Shown here: positions 24,179 through 32,175 of the stretch, one piece after another
How positions within the stretch are numbered: position 1 is the first letter of the stretch
Layout: the number at the start of each line of letters is the position of its first letter
Assembly (NCBI GenBank): GCA_963608365.1
Contig: CAVDFM010000003.1
Location: forward strand, 1-35,330
Direction: 5' to 3'
Source: a bacterium
GTDB taxonomy: Bacteria; Bacillota; Clostridia; Christensenellales; CAG-138
DNA: 35,330 bases
The notes under the pieces: model-generated
The model's input: only the letters and a program-made list of their open reading frames with translations
Told to the model about the DNA's origin: nothing
The model's database searches: none
Position numbers and translations under genes: made by a program

Positions 24179-25324
24179 TTATTCGGAAACGGCCTTAAGA
24201 GCAGCGCGGGCTCCGTCATAATCGGAATCCACAGCCTTGGCATAACCGGTGTGGCTGTACACATCGAATATGGCCTTGCCCTCTTCGGTATTGATTATGT
24301 TGATGAAGCAATCCTGAAGAGCCGCTACTATTTCGGGGGTGTAATACTGGCTGGCCTTGGAGATGGCAACGGTGTCGTTGTAGATACCCTCGGTCACGCC
24401 GATAACGTTGAGCTCGTTCCAGATGGAATCGGAGCGGCCCATGCCCTGCTTACCGGTTTCGTCCTTCTGGTCTACGGGCAGCGTCCAGCTGGCTTCGTAG
24501 TCGTTACGGCCGTCGGCATAGCAAACGATGATGTCTACCTGCTCGGCAGCGGCGTAGGAGAAGGCGGTGCCGTAGCCGGAGTCAAGAGGAATGACGTTGG
24601 TAAGATCGGAGATCTTCTTGCCGTCATAGTTGGCCATCAGCCACATGGAAGGATAGATGTAACCGGCGGAAGAGGAGGTCTTCTGCACCGCCCAGCGGGC
24701 GCCGTCAAGATCTTCCCAGGTGAGGGCTTCGCCGTTGTTGACCTTCTCGGCCAGCATCTTGCCGTACTCGGTGGGAGCGGCATAGATCAGGGAACGATAG
24801 TAGGTTACCTGGGGGCCGTTCTTCTGGGTGGCGTTAGCTTCGCCGTTCCAGTCCGCGGGGTTGGTGCTGTCGTTGGACAGGCCGTTGCGGGTGGCGGTCA
24901 GTATAACGTCGGTATCATCGGAATAGAGGGCATAGGTGCCGCCGGGCAGCCAGCCGAGGTCGATGGAACCGGCAGACATGGCCTCACCGGTGGCGTCGTA
25001 GCTGGTGCCTACGGTGATGTCAACTTCGTCTATGTCGTAGCCAAGGTTGGCCATTTCGGCCTTGACCAGCTCGGGCAGGTTCGCGGTACCGGCGATTATA
25101 ACGTCGGCATCCTTGGAAGGAACGAACTCAAGGGTCAGCTTGTCGAAATGCTGATTGGCGGGTTCGGCGGTGGGCTCCGCAGCGGCGGGGTCAGCGCTGG
25201 GTTCGGTCTGGGCGGGTTCAGTGTTGGCAGGCTCGTCGGTATTGGCGGGCTCGGCGTTCTGAGTGCAGGCGCAGACGGAGATCATCATAACAAGTGCTAT
25301 CAGCAGTGCTACGATCTTCTTCAT
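24179..25324 (-). CDS. phnD: PhnD-family substrate-binding lipoprotein.
   Basis: MKKIVALLIALVMMISVCAC lipobox, a Pro/Glu/Ala/Thr-rich tether, then a PhnD-like periplasmic-binding fold. I prefer the ATG at 25324 (GGAGG 8 nt upstream). Confidence 0.8.
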   Translation of the reverse strand: MKKIVALLIALVMMISVCACTQNAEPANTDEPANTEPAQTEPSADPAAAEPTAEPANQHFDKLTLEFVPSKDADVIIAGTANLPELVKAEMANLGYDIDEVDITVGTSYDATGEAMSAGSIDLGWLPGGTYALYSDDTDVILTATRNGLSNDSTNPADWNGEANATQKNGPQVTYYRSLIYAAPTEYGKMLAEKVNNGEALTWEDLDGARWAVQKTSSSAGYIYPSMWLMANYDGKKISDLTNVIPLDSGYGTAFSYAAAEQVDIIVCYADGRNDYEASWTLPVDQKDETGKQGMGRSDSIWNELNVIGVTEGIYNDTVAISKASQYYTPEIVAALQDCFINIINTEEGKAIFDVYSHTGYAKAVDSDYDGARAALKAVSE

Positions 25325-25407
25325 TTTGTAGATTTCCTCCATACTTTTTTATTCACGGCTAAACGCCTGTGAATTTCAAATTTTTTTGGCCTTATTTGCC
25401 GCAACAA

Positions 25408-25436
25408 AGTATATCACACAAACATTGCATTGACAA
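25408..25436 (-). promoter_or_regulatory. Candidate promoter of the phnD-C-E-E / phosphoesterase / P-loop operon (TTGTCA-17-TATACT).
   Basis: On the reverse strand, TTGTCA (25436-25431), a 17-nt spacer, then TATACT (25413-25408), about 85 nt upstream of phnD. Confidence 0.45.
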
Positions 25437-25470
25437 TGCCGATAGATATATTGTTTTCAGATTAGACAAA

Positions 25471-26199
25471 TTAACCGAGCAGCATGTTCTTCACGCGGCC
25501 TATGGCAATATATCCGTGCAGCACGGCCCAAAGATCGCTGCCTTTTTCTGTGCATTCGGGGTCAAGCAGCTCAGCGTACGGCGAAAGCGCGCAGCCGTTC
25601 TCGGCTTCAGCCTTATTATAGAAATTTTCGAAGAAACAATGCGGCTCTATCTTAACGTTCCTCAGTATGCCCTTGTATTCGTTAAGCGTGCAGTCGGGGA
25701 AATTTACGTTCCATATTTCGCCCGCAAGCGGCCTTTGAATAAGCTCCCGCGCTATTTCGTAAAGGAACATGTCCGTAACCTCGCGGCAGCCCACATGCGT
25801 TTCGGAAAAGGCTATTGCGGGTACGCCGTTCAAAAGCGCCTCCATTGCCGCGCCCACGGTGCCGGAATAGGCAATGTCAAAGCCGGTATTAAAGCCCGAA
25901 TTTATGCCGGAGAACACAACGTCCGGCTTTACGGGCAGAAGCGACTTTATCGCCGTCTTTACGCAGTCCGCAGGCGTGCCGCCTATTGCGTAAGCGGCCT
26001 TCACGTCCGCAGGAAGCTCGCGCTTCTCAACGCTTATCTCCCCCGCTATGGTTATCTTCTGGGACATGCCGCTGCACTGCCCCGCGGGCGCGGCCACCCA
26101 AACGTCGCCCAGTCGCGCGGCAGCGCTTGCCAGGCGCAAAAGCCCCGGCGAATCTATGCCGTCGTCGTTGGCAACAAGTATGTTAAGGCGTTTGTTCAT
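25471..26199 (-). CDS. surE: 5'/3'-nucleotidase SurE.
   Basis: The N-terminal LNILVANDDGIDSPG signature, at 242 aa. Confidence 0.9.
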   Translation of the reverse strand: MNKRLNILVANDDGIDSPGLLRLASAAARLGDVWVAAPAGQCSGMSQKITIAGEISVEKRELPADVKAAYAIGGTPADCVKTAIKSLLPVKPDVVFSGINSGFNTGFDIAYSGTVGAAMEALLNGVPAIAFSETHVGCREVTDMFLYEIARELIQRPLAGEIWNVNFPDCTLNEYKGILRNVKIEPHCFFENFYNKAEAENGCALSPYAELLDPECTEKGSDLWAVLHGYIAIGRVKNMLLG

Positions 26200-26335
26200 A
26201 TTTATATACTCCTTTGCCGGCGCTCCTTCATCATGCGCCCAACTTTAATATGATATCATTTGATGGGGACGGAGGCAAGGGGAATGGAACAACGGAAGCT
26301 ATAGTTGCTGCGCATTGCAAAAAATGTCTAAAAAT

Positions 26336-26367
26336 AAAAGTTTTTGCTATTGAGTGCAAAAACTTTT
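26336..26367 (-). terminator. Intrinsic terminator of the DinD-like gene.
   Basis: aaaagtttttgc / gcaaaaactttt stem with an 8-nt loop and a T-rich tail on the minus strand, 13 nt beyond the stop at 26380. Confidence 0.65.
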
Positions 26368-26379
26368 ACTTAGCTGCTC

Positions 26380-27246
26380 TTACTCCTTATCCGCCGCTGC
26401 TCCTTCCAGCAGGTTCGTTACCACTTGGTTGAGCTGCGCGGCGTTCTTTGACGATATGACGGGCACTCCGGTCTGGCTTTCTATGGCCTTGCGCGCATCG
26501 CCCGCGACCTTGCCGCCGGCGCGCGCCACGCTTATGTTTTCGGAAAGATTCGCGGGCGCTTTCTGCTTGGATATTTCCGTTGTGGTGGCTTCCGCCAGCA
26601 TGTTCAGCACCAGCTCGAGCGTTGTCATGTTGTCGCGCAAATTTTCCTTTTTCAGTCCCTTTAGGTTTTTGTATTGGCGGGTAGACATGCCCGACCATGT
26701 GCGGGATATTTCATCGGTAAGTATGGCGTACTCCACGCCCCTCTGTACGCCGCGTGCGTCCCATTCGTCGGTCAATTCCTTGCGTACCTGTATAGCCTGC
26801 AGCCGCTGGTTTATCCATTCGCGCGTGTAGCCTTTCCTGAGATAGGTTTCAAGCGCGCGCTCGATTGTCAACTCAGGGTCGATGGTTTCCTCTATGCGCT
26901 CCCGCCCTATCTGCGCCAGCCAAAGCTTAAACGGCTCCGCCTTGGGCGAAGGTATTGATTGTATTATGCGCAAAAGCTGTTTAGTATCGGCTACGTCGGT
27001 ATTATAGCGTTTGCCGTCAGCAGAACGCATTTTCAGCTGACTACAATTTGTAGTCAACTGACTGCCTTCTTTTTTTAGACGTGTTTTAAGAACGCTCCAA
27101 TACTTTGCGGCATGGCGCGTATCTGGCTGGTCTGTCAGCACGGCTACCACATCCACAATAGAAAAGTACCATTCCTCCTTCTCCTCGTCCCATGCCGTGC
27201 GTATGCGTTGGTTTTCAAAAAGCTGTATATTGTCGTTCGGCTCCAT
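26380..27246 (-). CDS. DinD-like / Bro-N-domain protein (DNA-damage-inducible protein D or phage antirepressor type).
   Basis: 288 aa. The N-terminus ..LFENQRIRTAWDEEKEEWYFSIVDVVAVL.. is Bro-N-like. The C-terminal half (..KNLKGLKKENLRDNMTTLELVLNMLAEATTTEI..) recalls E. coli DinD (..KGLKKNQKILDHMGSTELAANLF..). Confidence 0.7.
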   Translation of the reverse strand: MEPNDNIQLFENQRIRTAWDEEKEEWYFSIVDVVAVLTDQPDTRHAAKYWSVLKTRLKKEGSQLTTNCSQLKMRSADGKRYNTDVADTKQLLRIIQSIPSPKAEPFKLWLAQIGRERIEETIDPELTIERALETYLRKGYTREWINQRLQAIQVRKELTDEWDARGVQRGVEYAILTDEISRTWSGMSTRQYKNLKGLKKENLRDNMTTLELVLNMLAEATTTEISKQKAPANLSENISVARAGGKVAGDARKAIESQTGVPVISSKNAAQLNQVVTNLLEGAAADKE

Positions 27247-27461
27247 TGTGCATATCCCCCCCTGTATGTGTAGCTGCTTTTATTTTACCGCAAAAGCCTG
27301 CTTTACCGCAACCGCCACCCCCTCTCCGCATAGAAATAACCAAAGGGGGTGAGGCCGCATGGCGGGGCATGAGGTTTATTCAGTTGCGGCGGATGGGGCG
27401 GAAAGGCCGCTTGGCGAGATTTTAGAGGAGCTGCTGGAGGAGGTGGTAAAGGCGGAGGGGT

Positions 27462-29054
27462 ATGATGGCAAAGGCGGAATACAGGGCGGCGCTGTACATG
27501 CGCCTTTCAAAGGATGACGACGGCGCGGCGGAAAGCGCGAGCATAACCACGCAGCGGCAAATGCTGCGCAGCTACGCGGCGGAGCATGGATACGCCGTGC
27601 AGGATGAGTATAGTGATGACGGTTATTCGGGCGTAAGCTTCGAACGGCCGGAGTTTAAGCGGATGATAGCGGACATTGAGGCGAAGAAGGTCAACCTTGT
27701 TATAGTCAAGGACCTGTCCCGCCTGGGGCGCGACTATATCACGGCGGGGCAGTATACGGAGATATATTTCCCAAGCAAGGGCGTGCGCTGCATAGCCGTA
27801 AACGACGGCTACGATTCGGATGGGCCGTATACGGACATTGCGCCTTTCAAAAATGTTATAAACGAAATGTACGCCCGCGACATATCGAAAAAGATACGCT
27901 CCGCATTCGCCGCCAAAATGCGGGAAGGGGCTTACGTTGCCGCGTTTGCGCCGTATGGCTATCAAAAGGATGCGGCGGATAAGAACCGCCTTACAGCCGA
28001 TGCATGCTCGGGCGGGGTGGTAAAGCGCATATTCGCAATGGCTGCGGGCGGGGCGAAGCCCGCCGACATTGCGCGGACGCTGAACGCGGAAGGTATCCCC
28101 TCCCCCGCCGCGTACCGCTGCATAACGCACGGCGGACTTTGTACGGGGCGGCAGGAGTGGACGGGTTCAACGGTGGGCAAAATGCTGCGCAATATGGTTT
28201 ACATTGGGCATACGGCGCAGGGGAAAACCGAAAAGGTATCGTTCAAAAGCCGCGTGAGTGTGAGCAAGGCGCGGGAAGAATGGATAATTGTAAAAAACAC
28301 GCATGAGGCACTTATTGACGAAGAAACGTTCGATATTGTGCAGCGGCGCGCCCGCGCGCGGACGTGCGAAAAGAAGGGCGGGTTCTGCAACATTTTTTCC
28401 GGCATTGCAAAATGCGCCGGCTGCGGGCGCAATATGTCCTCAACAGGGACGCGGAAGAAAGGCTCGCAGGCCAATCTGTGCTGCGGAGGATATAAGCTTT
28501 ACGGCGCACAGGAGTGCGGCAACCACTTCATTGATTACGATGCGCTGTATAAAATAGTGCTGGCGGAACTGAGAGAGCGGCTGAATATAGGCGAAGCCGA
28601 GCGGGCGAAAATTGCGGATAACGTTTACGGGCGGCTTTGTGCGCAAAGGCGGGACGATGACAAGGAAAGCGGCGGCATACAAAGGCGGCTCGGTGAGATA
28701 GAAAGCATAATAGGCAGGCTGTATGAGGACAACGCCGCGGGCAGGCTGAGCGACGAGCGCACGGGCAGGCTTGCCGCAAAATATGAAAAGGAGGCCGAAG
28801 CGCTTGAAGAGCGCATGGGTGCGATTCAGGCCGGGAAGGAAGCGGCAGTTTCACGCGAAAAAATAGGCAGGCTGCTTGAGAGGATAACGGATATAACAGA
28901 GCTTACGCCGGATATGCTGTTCAGGCTGATAGACCGTATTGAGATAGCCCAGGGGCATTATGAGCAAACGGCGCAGGGGCGGGTGAAGCGCCAAAGCGTG
29001 AAGATATTCTATCGGTTCAAAACGGACTGCGCGGAACGGGAATACACTTTTTGA
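27462..29054 (+). CDS. Large serine recombinase (resolvase catalytic domain, recombinase domain, zinc ribbon, coiled coil and a DUF4368-like C-terminus).
   Basis: YMRLSKDDD...SITTQRQML and VKDLSRLGRD (catalytic domain). A Cys cluster CAGCGRNM..CCGG..ECGNH. C-terminal ..LTPDMLFRLIDRIEI....VKIFYRF.. The stop lies 23-35 nt from the right junction. Confidence 0.92.
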   Translation: MMAKAEYRAALYMRLSKDDDGAAESASITTQRQMLRSYAAEHGYAVQDEYSDDGYSGVSFERPEFKRMIADIEAKKVNLVIVKDLSRLGRDYITAGQYTEIYFPSKGVRCIAVNDGYDSDGPYTDIAPFKNVINEMYARDISKKIRSAFAAKMREGAYVAAFAPYGYQKDAADKNRLTADACSGGVVKRIFAMAAGGAKPADIARTLNAEGIPSPAAYRCITHGGLCTGRQEWTGSTVGKMLRNMVYIGHTAQGKTEKVSFKSRVSVSKAREEWIIVKNTHEALIDEETFDIVQRRARARTCEKKGGFCNIFSGIAKCAGCGRNMSSTGTRKKGSQANLCCGGYKLYGAQECGNHFIDYDALYKIVLAELRERLNIGEAERAKIADNVYGRLCAQRRDDDKESGGIQRRLGEIESIIGRLYEDNAAGRLSDERTGRLAAKYEKEAEALEERMGAIQAGKEAAVSREKIGRLLERITDITELTPDMLFRLIDRIEIAQGHYEQTAQGRVKRQSVKIFYRFKTDCAEREYTF

Positions 29055-29917
29055 CCGCATTCGGAAAACTCCCACGCATGCTGATGGGCCTTGGATGCAA
29101 CGCGGCGGCGGTGGTGGGCTGCCGCATAATAGACAGCCCGCGCGAAAGGCTCATTGCCATACTGACAAACGCATTCGTGCCCTGTAACGGGCGCTTCCCC
29201 GCGCTTATCGCCGTTATAAGCATGTTTTTCACCTATTCCGCATTTGCTTCGGGCGCGCTTGCGGGCGCGGTCATGCTTACGGCGCTGCTTATTGTGAGCG
29301 TTGCGGCAACGCTTTTGTGCGGGAAAATTTTGAGCCGCACTCTGTTGAATGGGGAGCAAAGCTCCTTCACGCTGGAGCTGCCGCCCTTCCGTATGCCGCG
29401 CATAGGCAGGCTTATTGTGCGCAGTGTTGCGGACAGGACGCTTTTCGTGCTGGGCCGTGCGGCGGCGGTGGCTGCGCCGGCGGGGCTGCTGCTTTACGCA
29501 TTATCAAACATAAGCATAGGTGGGCAGTCCGTACTGGCGGCGGCGGTGGGCTTCCTTGACCCGTTCGCGCGGGTGTTCGGGCTGGATGGGGCGATACTTA
29601 TAGCGTTCATGCTGGGCTTTCCCGCAAACGAGATAGTCCTGCCCATAGCCATAATGGCATACACAGCGTCCGGCTCGCTTGAGGAGCTGCCCGCGCTTTG
29701 CGATATGCGCGCACTGCTTATTGCAAACGGGTGGAGCATAAAAACGGCGGTATGCTTCGTGCTGTTCAGCGTAATGCATTGGCCGTGCTCCACAACGCTT
29801 TTAACAATAAAAAAGGAGACGGAAAGCCTTAAATGGACAATTCTGGCTTTCCTTCTCCCAACGTTATTCGGCCTTGCGGCGTGCTTTATTGTGAACGCGG
29901 TATTTACTCTTTTATGA
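29051..29917 (+). pseudogene. feoB: feoB 3' fragment (membrane domain). FeoB-derived sequence begins at about 29090; the first 13 codons come from the island end.
   Basis: LGCNAAAVVGCRIIDSPRERLIAILTNAFVPCNGRFPALIAV... continues the conserved FeoB G(F/L)GC...R(E/D)R...PF(M/V)(S/P)C region exactly where the 5' fragment stops. Confidence 0.9.
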
Positions 29918-30782
29918 TGCTCATAAGAAGCTTTCCGAGGGCGATGTACATATCGGCATAGCCCATGGCGAAGCGTTCGCGTATGGCGGAGCGGGTAAAG
30001 TTCATTGTGCCGCTGCCCTTTATCTGCTCCAGCGGCTTTGAAGGATAGATATGAACGAGCCGCGTTGAGCCGATGTGGTCAATGTCCAGCGTTTCCTGCT
30101 CCCTAAGATGGATGACGATTATCGCGTCGTAGCCTTCATCCTGCAGGGGAGAAAGGGGCGTAACGTCGCTGTTTTTTACGCCGTAGGAAGGGTCGTTTAT
30201 CCCTCCGTCGGCAAACTTATGGCCGTCTATCTCAACGGGGTCGTAAACGTGGGGTATGGCGGCGCTTGCAAGCACGGCGTCCGTCATTTCCTCGTCGCTC
30301 AGCTTTTTCAGCTCAAAATATTTAACGTGCCGTTCGTTTATGTCATACGCGCAGGCGAAAAGCTTTGCCCTGTGCGCGCGTATCTTTTCAAAATCGCAGC
30401 TTTTGTTTATCAGCTCCCGCAGCGAATTCTGCGTGAAAACGGCGGTGTCCCCGCTGCCCTGCATCTGCGCGGTAATGTGCAGCTTGCCGACTATGTCCTT
30501 TATGGCGCGGCTGTCGCCGTCCGCAACCTTGGGCGCGGCAACGGTCATAAGCCCGATATTCTCCCAAAGGCTCTCCATAAGCGCAACGTCGTCCATCGCG
30601 AACACAAGCGTGTTCAGCGCGCCCACGCTCGTGCCGCTCACGCCGTACACCTTTTCCAGCGCATCCATCTCGCCCATGGCCTTTATCGCGCCCGCTTCAT
30701 ACGCGCCCTTCGCGCCCCCGCCGGACAATACCAGCCCGAACTTCATATCGTTCCATTTATCTATGTTTTTGCCGTTTAACAT
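29904..30782 (-). CDS. Patatin-like phospholipase.
   Basis: GGGAKG oxyanion loop, GTSVG nucleophile elbow and a DGG catalytic Asp motif (FADGGINDP). Confidence 0.88.
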   Translation of the reverse strand: MLNGKNIDKWNDMKFGLVLSGGGAKGAYEAGAIKAMGEMDALEKVYGVSGTSVGALNTLVFAMDDVALMESLWENIGLMTVAAPKVADGDSRAIKDIVGKLHITAQMQGSGDTAVFTQNSLRELINKSCDFEKIRAHRAKLFACAYDINERHVKYFELKKLSDEEMTDAVLASAAIPHVYDPVEIDGHKFADGGINDPSYGVKNSDVTPLSPLQDEGYDAIIVIHLREQETLDIDHIGSTRLVHIYPSKPLEQIKGSGTMNFTRSAIRERFAMGYADMYIALGKLLMSIIKE

Positions 30783-30882
30783 GCGTGCTCCTTTGTGCGT
30801 TTATATGCCGCTTTTGCTGCTTTTATTATAAAGGCAGGGAAGGTTAAATTGCAATATATATCGGGGCTGTACTTGTTTACGC

Positions 30883-30944
30883 CAACCCCTCAGTCAATCC
30901 GCCTTACGGCGTATTGCCAGCTCCCCGGCCGGGGAGCCGTTTGG
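30883..30944 (-). repeat. Solo inverted copy of repeat core A.
   Basis: caacccctcagtcaatccgccttacggcgtattgccagctccccggccggggagccgtttgg is the reverse complement of 2910-2971 and 14171-14232, apart from the tetraloop and one base in the A-tract. Confidence 0.9.
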
Positions 30945-30965
30945 ACAAAATATAGCGTATTTCTC

Positions 30966-30995
30966 TTGCACTTCGACACTATTCTACATTATAAT
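30966..30995 (+). promoter_or_regulatory. Sigma-A-type promoter of the small-peptide gene (TTGCAC-18-TATAAT).
   Basis: TTGCAC at 30966-30971 and TATAAT at 30990-30995. The predicted start near 31002-31004 coincides with the first paired segment of the transcript. Confidence 0.55.
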
Positions 30996-31076
30996 AAACG
31001 CAAGCGCCTGCCCCGACGTGAAAAGGGGACGGTTGGCCACAACCCAATCTTGTTTTCAAGAAGGGAGGTGGTTTCT

Positions 31077-31187
31077 ATGATGACATGGTCAGAATTCTTA
31101 GCATTTCTGATGTTCGTTATAGAGCTTTTCAAGATTTTCTTGAGAGTACTGCGCTTCGTAGTAAAGCTCATCAAAAAAGAAAAGTAA
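31077..31187 (+). CDS. 36-aa hydrophobic/cationic peptide, a candidate type I toxin (holin-like toxin style).
   Basis: MMTWSEFLAFLMFVIELFKIFLRVLRFVVKLIKKEK, with a strong RBS (aagggaggtggtttctATG), its own promoter and a structured transcript. Confidence 0.5.
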   Translation: MMTWSEFLAFLMFVIELFKIFLRVLRFVVKLIKKEK

Positions 31188-31344
31188 CCGTTCCGGCCTA
31201 AGGTAACGGTTACCCTTAATCAGTTAACTCTGGCCAACCGTCTCCGGCAGGCGCGGTTTTTATACTTATATTATACGCAAATCATAGTGAATATGCAAGT
31301 GAAAACTAAATAGTGCAGTAGTATAAGCTTTCCCTAACATGCCC

Positions 31345-32175
31345 TCACCGCGCAACCGCGCCCCTGTACAGCCTCACCAGCTCCTCTATGCTCAGCGCCT
31401 CGGCGCGGGCGGCTTGGGCTATGCCTGCGCGGGCAAGGGCCTCTGCCGCGGCGTCCGCCGTGGGCAGCAGGGGCTTTAGGTTATTGTATACGGTCTTTCG
31501 GCGCATGGCGAATATGCTTTCCGTAAAGCGGCAGAATGCCGCGGGGTCTATGTTCGCTGGCGCATCGGTGCGGCGCGTGAGCAGCACCACCTCCGAATCC
31601 ACGTCCGGCTGCGGATAATAGCTTGCCGGCGTGAGCGAAACAAGGCTTTCGCATTCGTAATAAAGCTGCGCCATTATGGCAAGCGGGCCGTAAAGCTTGT
31701 CCTTGGGCTTTGCGAAAAAGCGGCGCGCGGCCTCCTTTTGCACCATCAGCACCATACGCGGTATCCTTTTTGCGTTGCGAAGAAGCATAAGCACTATGGG
31801 CGTTGTTATATAATAGGGCAGATTGCCCGCCGCGGCAAATTCGCCTTCCATGCAGCTTATGTCAAATTTCAATATGTCGCTGTGTATAAGCGTTAGCTCC
31901 CCGCGCGCAATCTCCGCGGCAAACTCCGCATTGAGCGCGGCAAGCATGTTTTTGTCTATCTCAACCGCGGTAACGCGCGGCACGCGGCCCACAAGCGCGC
32001 CCGTCAGCGCGCCGAGACCCGGGCCTATTTCAAGTATGTCCGTTTTGCCGTCCCCCACGGCGGCGGAGGCTATTTTTTCTATCATTGCATCGTCGCAAAG
32101 AAAGTTCTGCCCCAGCGCCGCGTTTGCGCGTATGTTAAGCCGTTCAAACTTTTGTTTAATGTCCGCCGCGCTCAT
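31345..32175 (-). CDS. rsmA: 16S rRNA (adenine1518/1519-N6)-dimethyltransferase.
   Basis: ..ALGQNFL.., SAM motif ILEIGPGLGALT, ..GNLPYYITTPI.. I prefer the ATG at 32175, which overlaps the upstream stop (ATGA). Confidence 0.92.
   Translation of the reverse strand: MSAADIKQKFERLNIRANAALGQNFLCDDAMIEKIASAAVGDGKTDILEIGPGLGALTGALVGRVPRVTAVEIDKNMLAALNAEFAAEIARGELTLIHSDILKFDISCMEGEFAAAGNLPYYITTPIVLMLLRNAKRIPRMVLMVQKEAARRFFAKPKDKLYGPLAIMAQLYYECESLVSLTPASYYPQPDVDSEVVLLTRRTDAPANIDPAAFCRFTESIFAMRRKTVYNNLKPLLPTADAAAEALARAGIAQAARAEALSIEELVRLYRGAVAR

Larger units (their letters stand above)
17854..29089 (+). mobile_element. 11.2-kb integrated island inserted in feoB and bounded by a large serine recombinase gene. 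It is not an obvious prophage or ICE.
   Basis: It separates two collinear, same-phase halves of feoB. The shared junction core cATG..ATGGGC lies at 17850-17862 and 29077-29089, an offset of 11,227 bp. A 10-bp inverted repeat, CCGAATGCGG (17868-17877) / CCGCATTCGG (29055-29064), sits just inside each end. The recombinase gene abuts the right end. Confidence 0.82.

Noticed and set aside
27359-27517. 52-codon ORF (MAGHEVYSVAADGAERPLGEILEELLEEVVKAEGYDG...) upstream of and overlapping the recombinase start, as an annotated gene.
   Set aside because: It has a plausible RBS but no recognisable family. It overlaps the recombinase by 56 nt in another frame, and its tail is simply the alternative reading of recombinase codons. 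It is kept only as a speculative RDF candidate in the findings.
29051-29089. The TTG start at 29051 (MTAFGKLPRMLMG...) as evidence that the downstream membrane protein is an independent, intact gene.
   Set aside because: The first 13 codons are island-end sequence and overlap the recombinase stop. FeoB homology begins exactly at the junction and continues the upstream fragment in phase. The best interpretation is a fortuitous ORF extension of the 3' feoB fragment.
17854-29089. The island as a complete prophage or a conjugative element.
   Set aside because: It has no terminase, portal, capsid, tail or lysis genes, and no relaxase, T4SS or coupling-protein genes. At 11.2 kb, most of it is a transporter/nucleotidase operon. 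A satellite or degraded element cannot be excluded.
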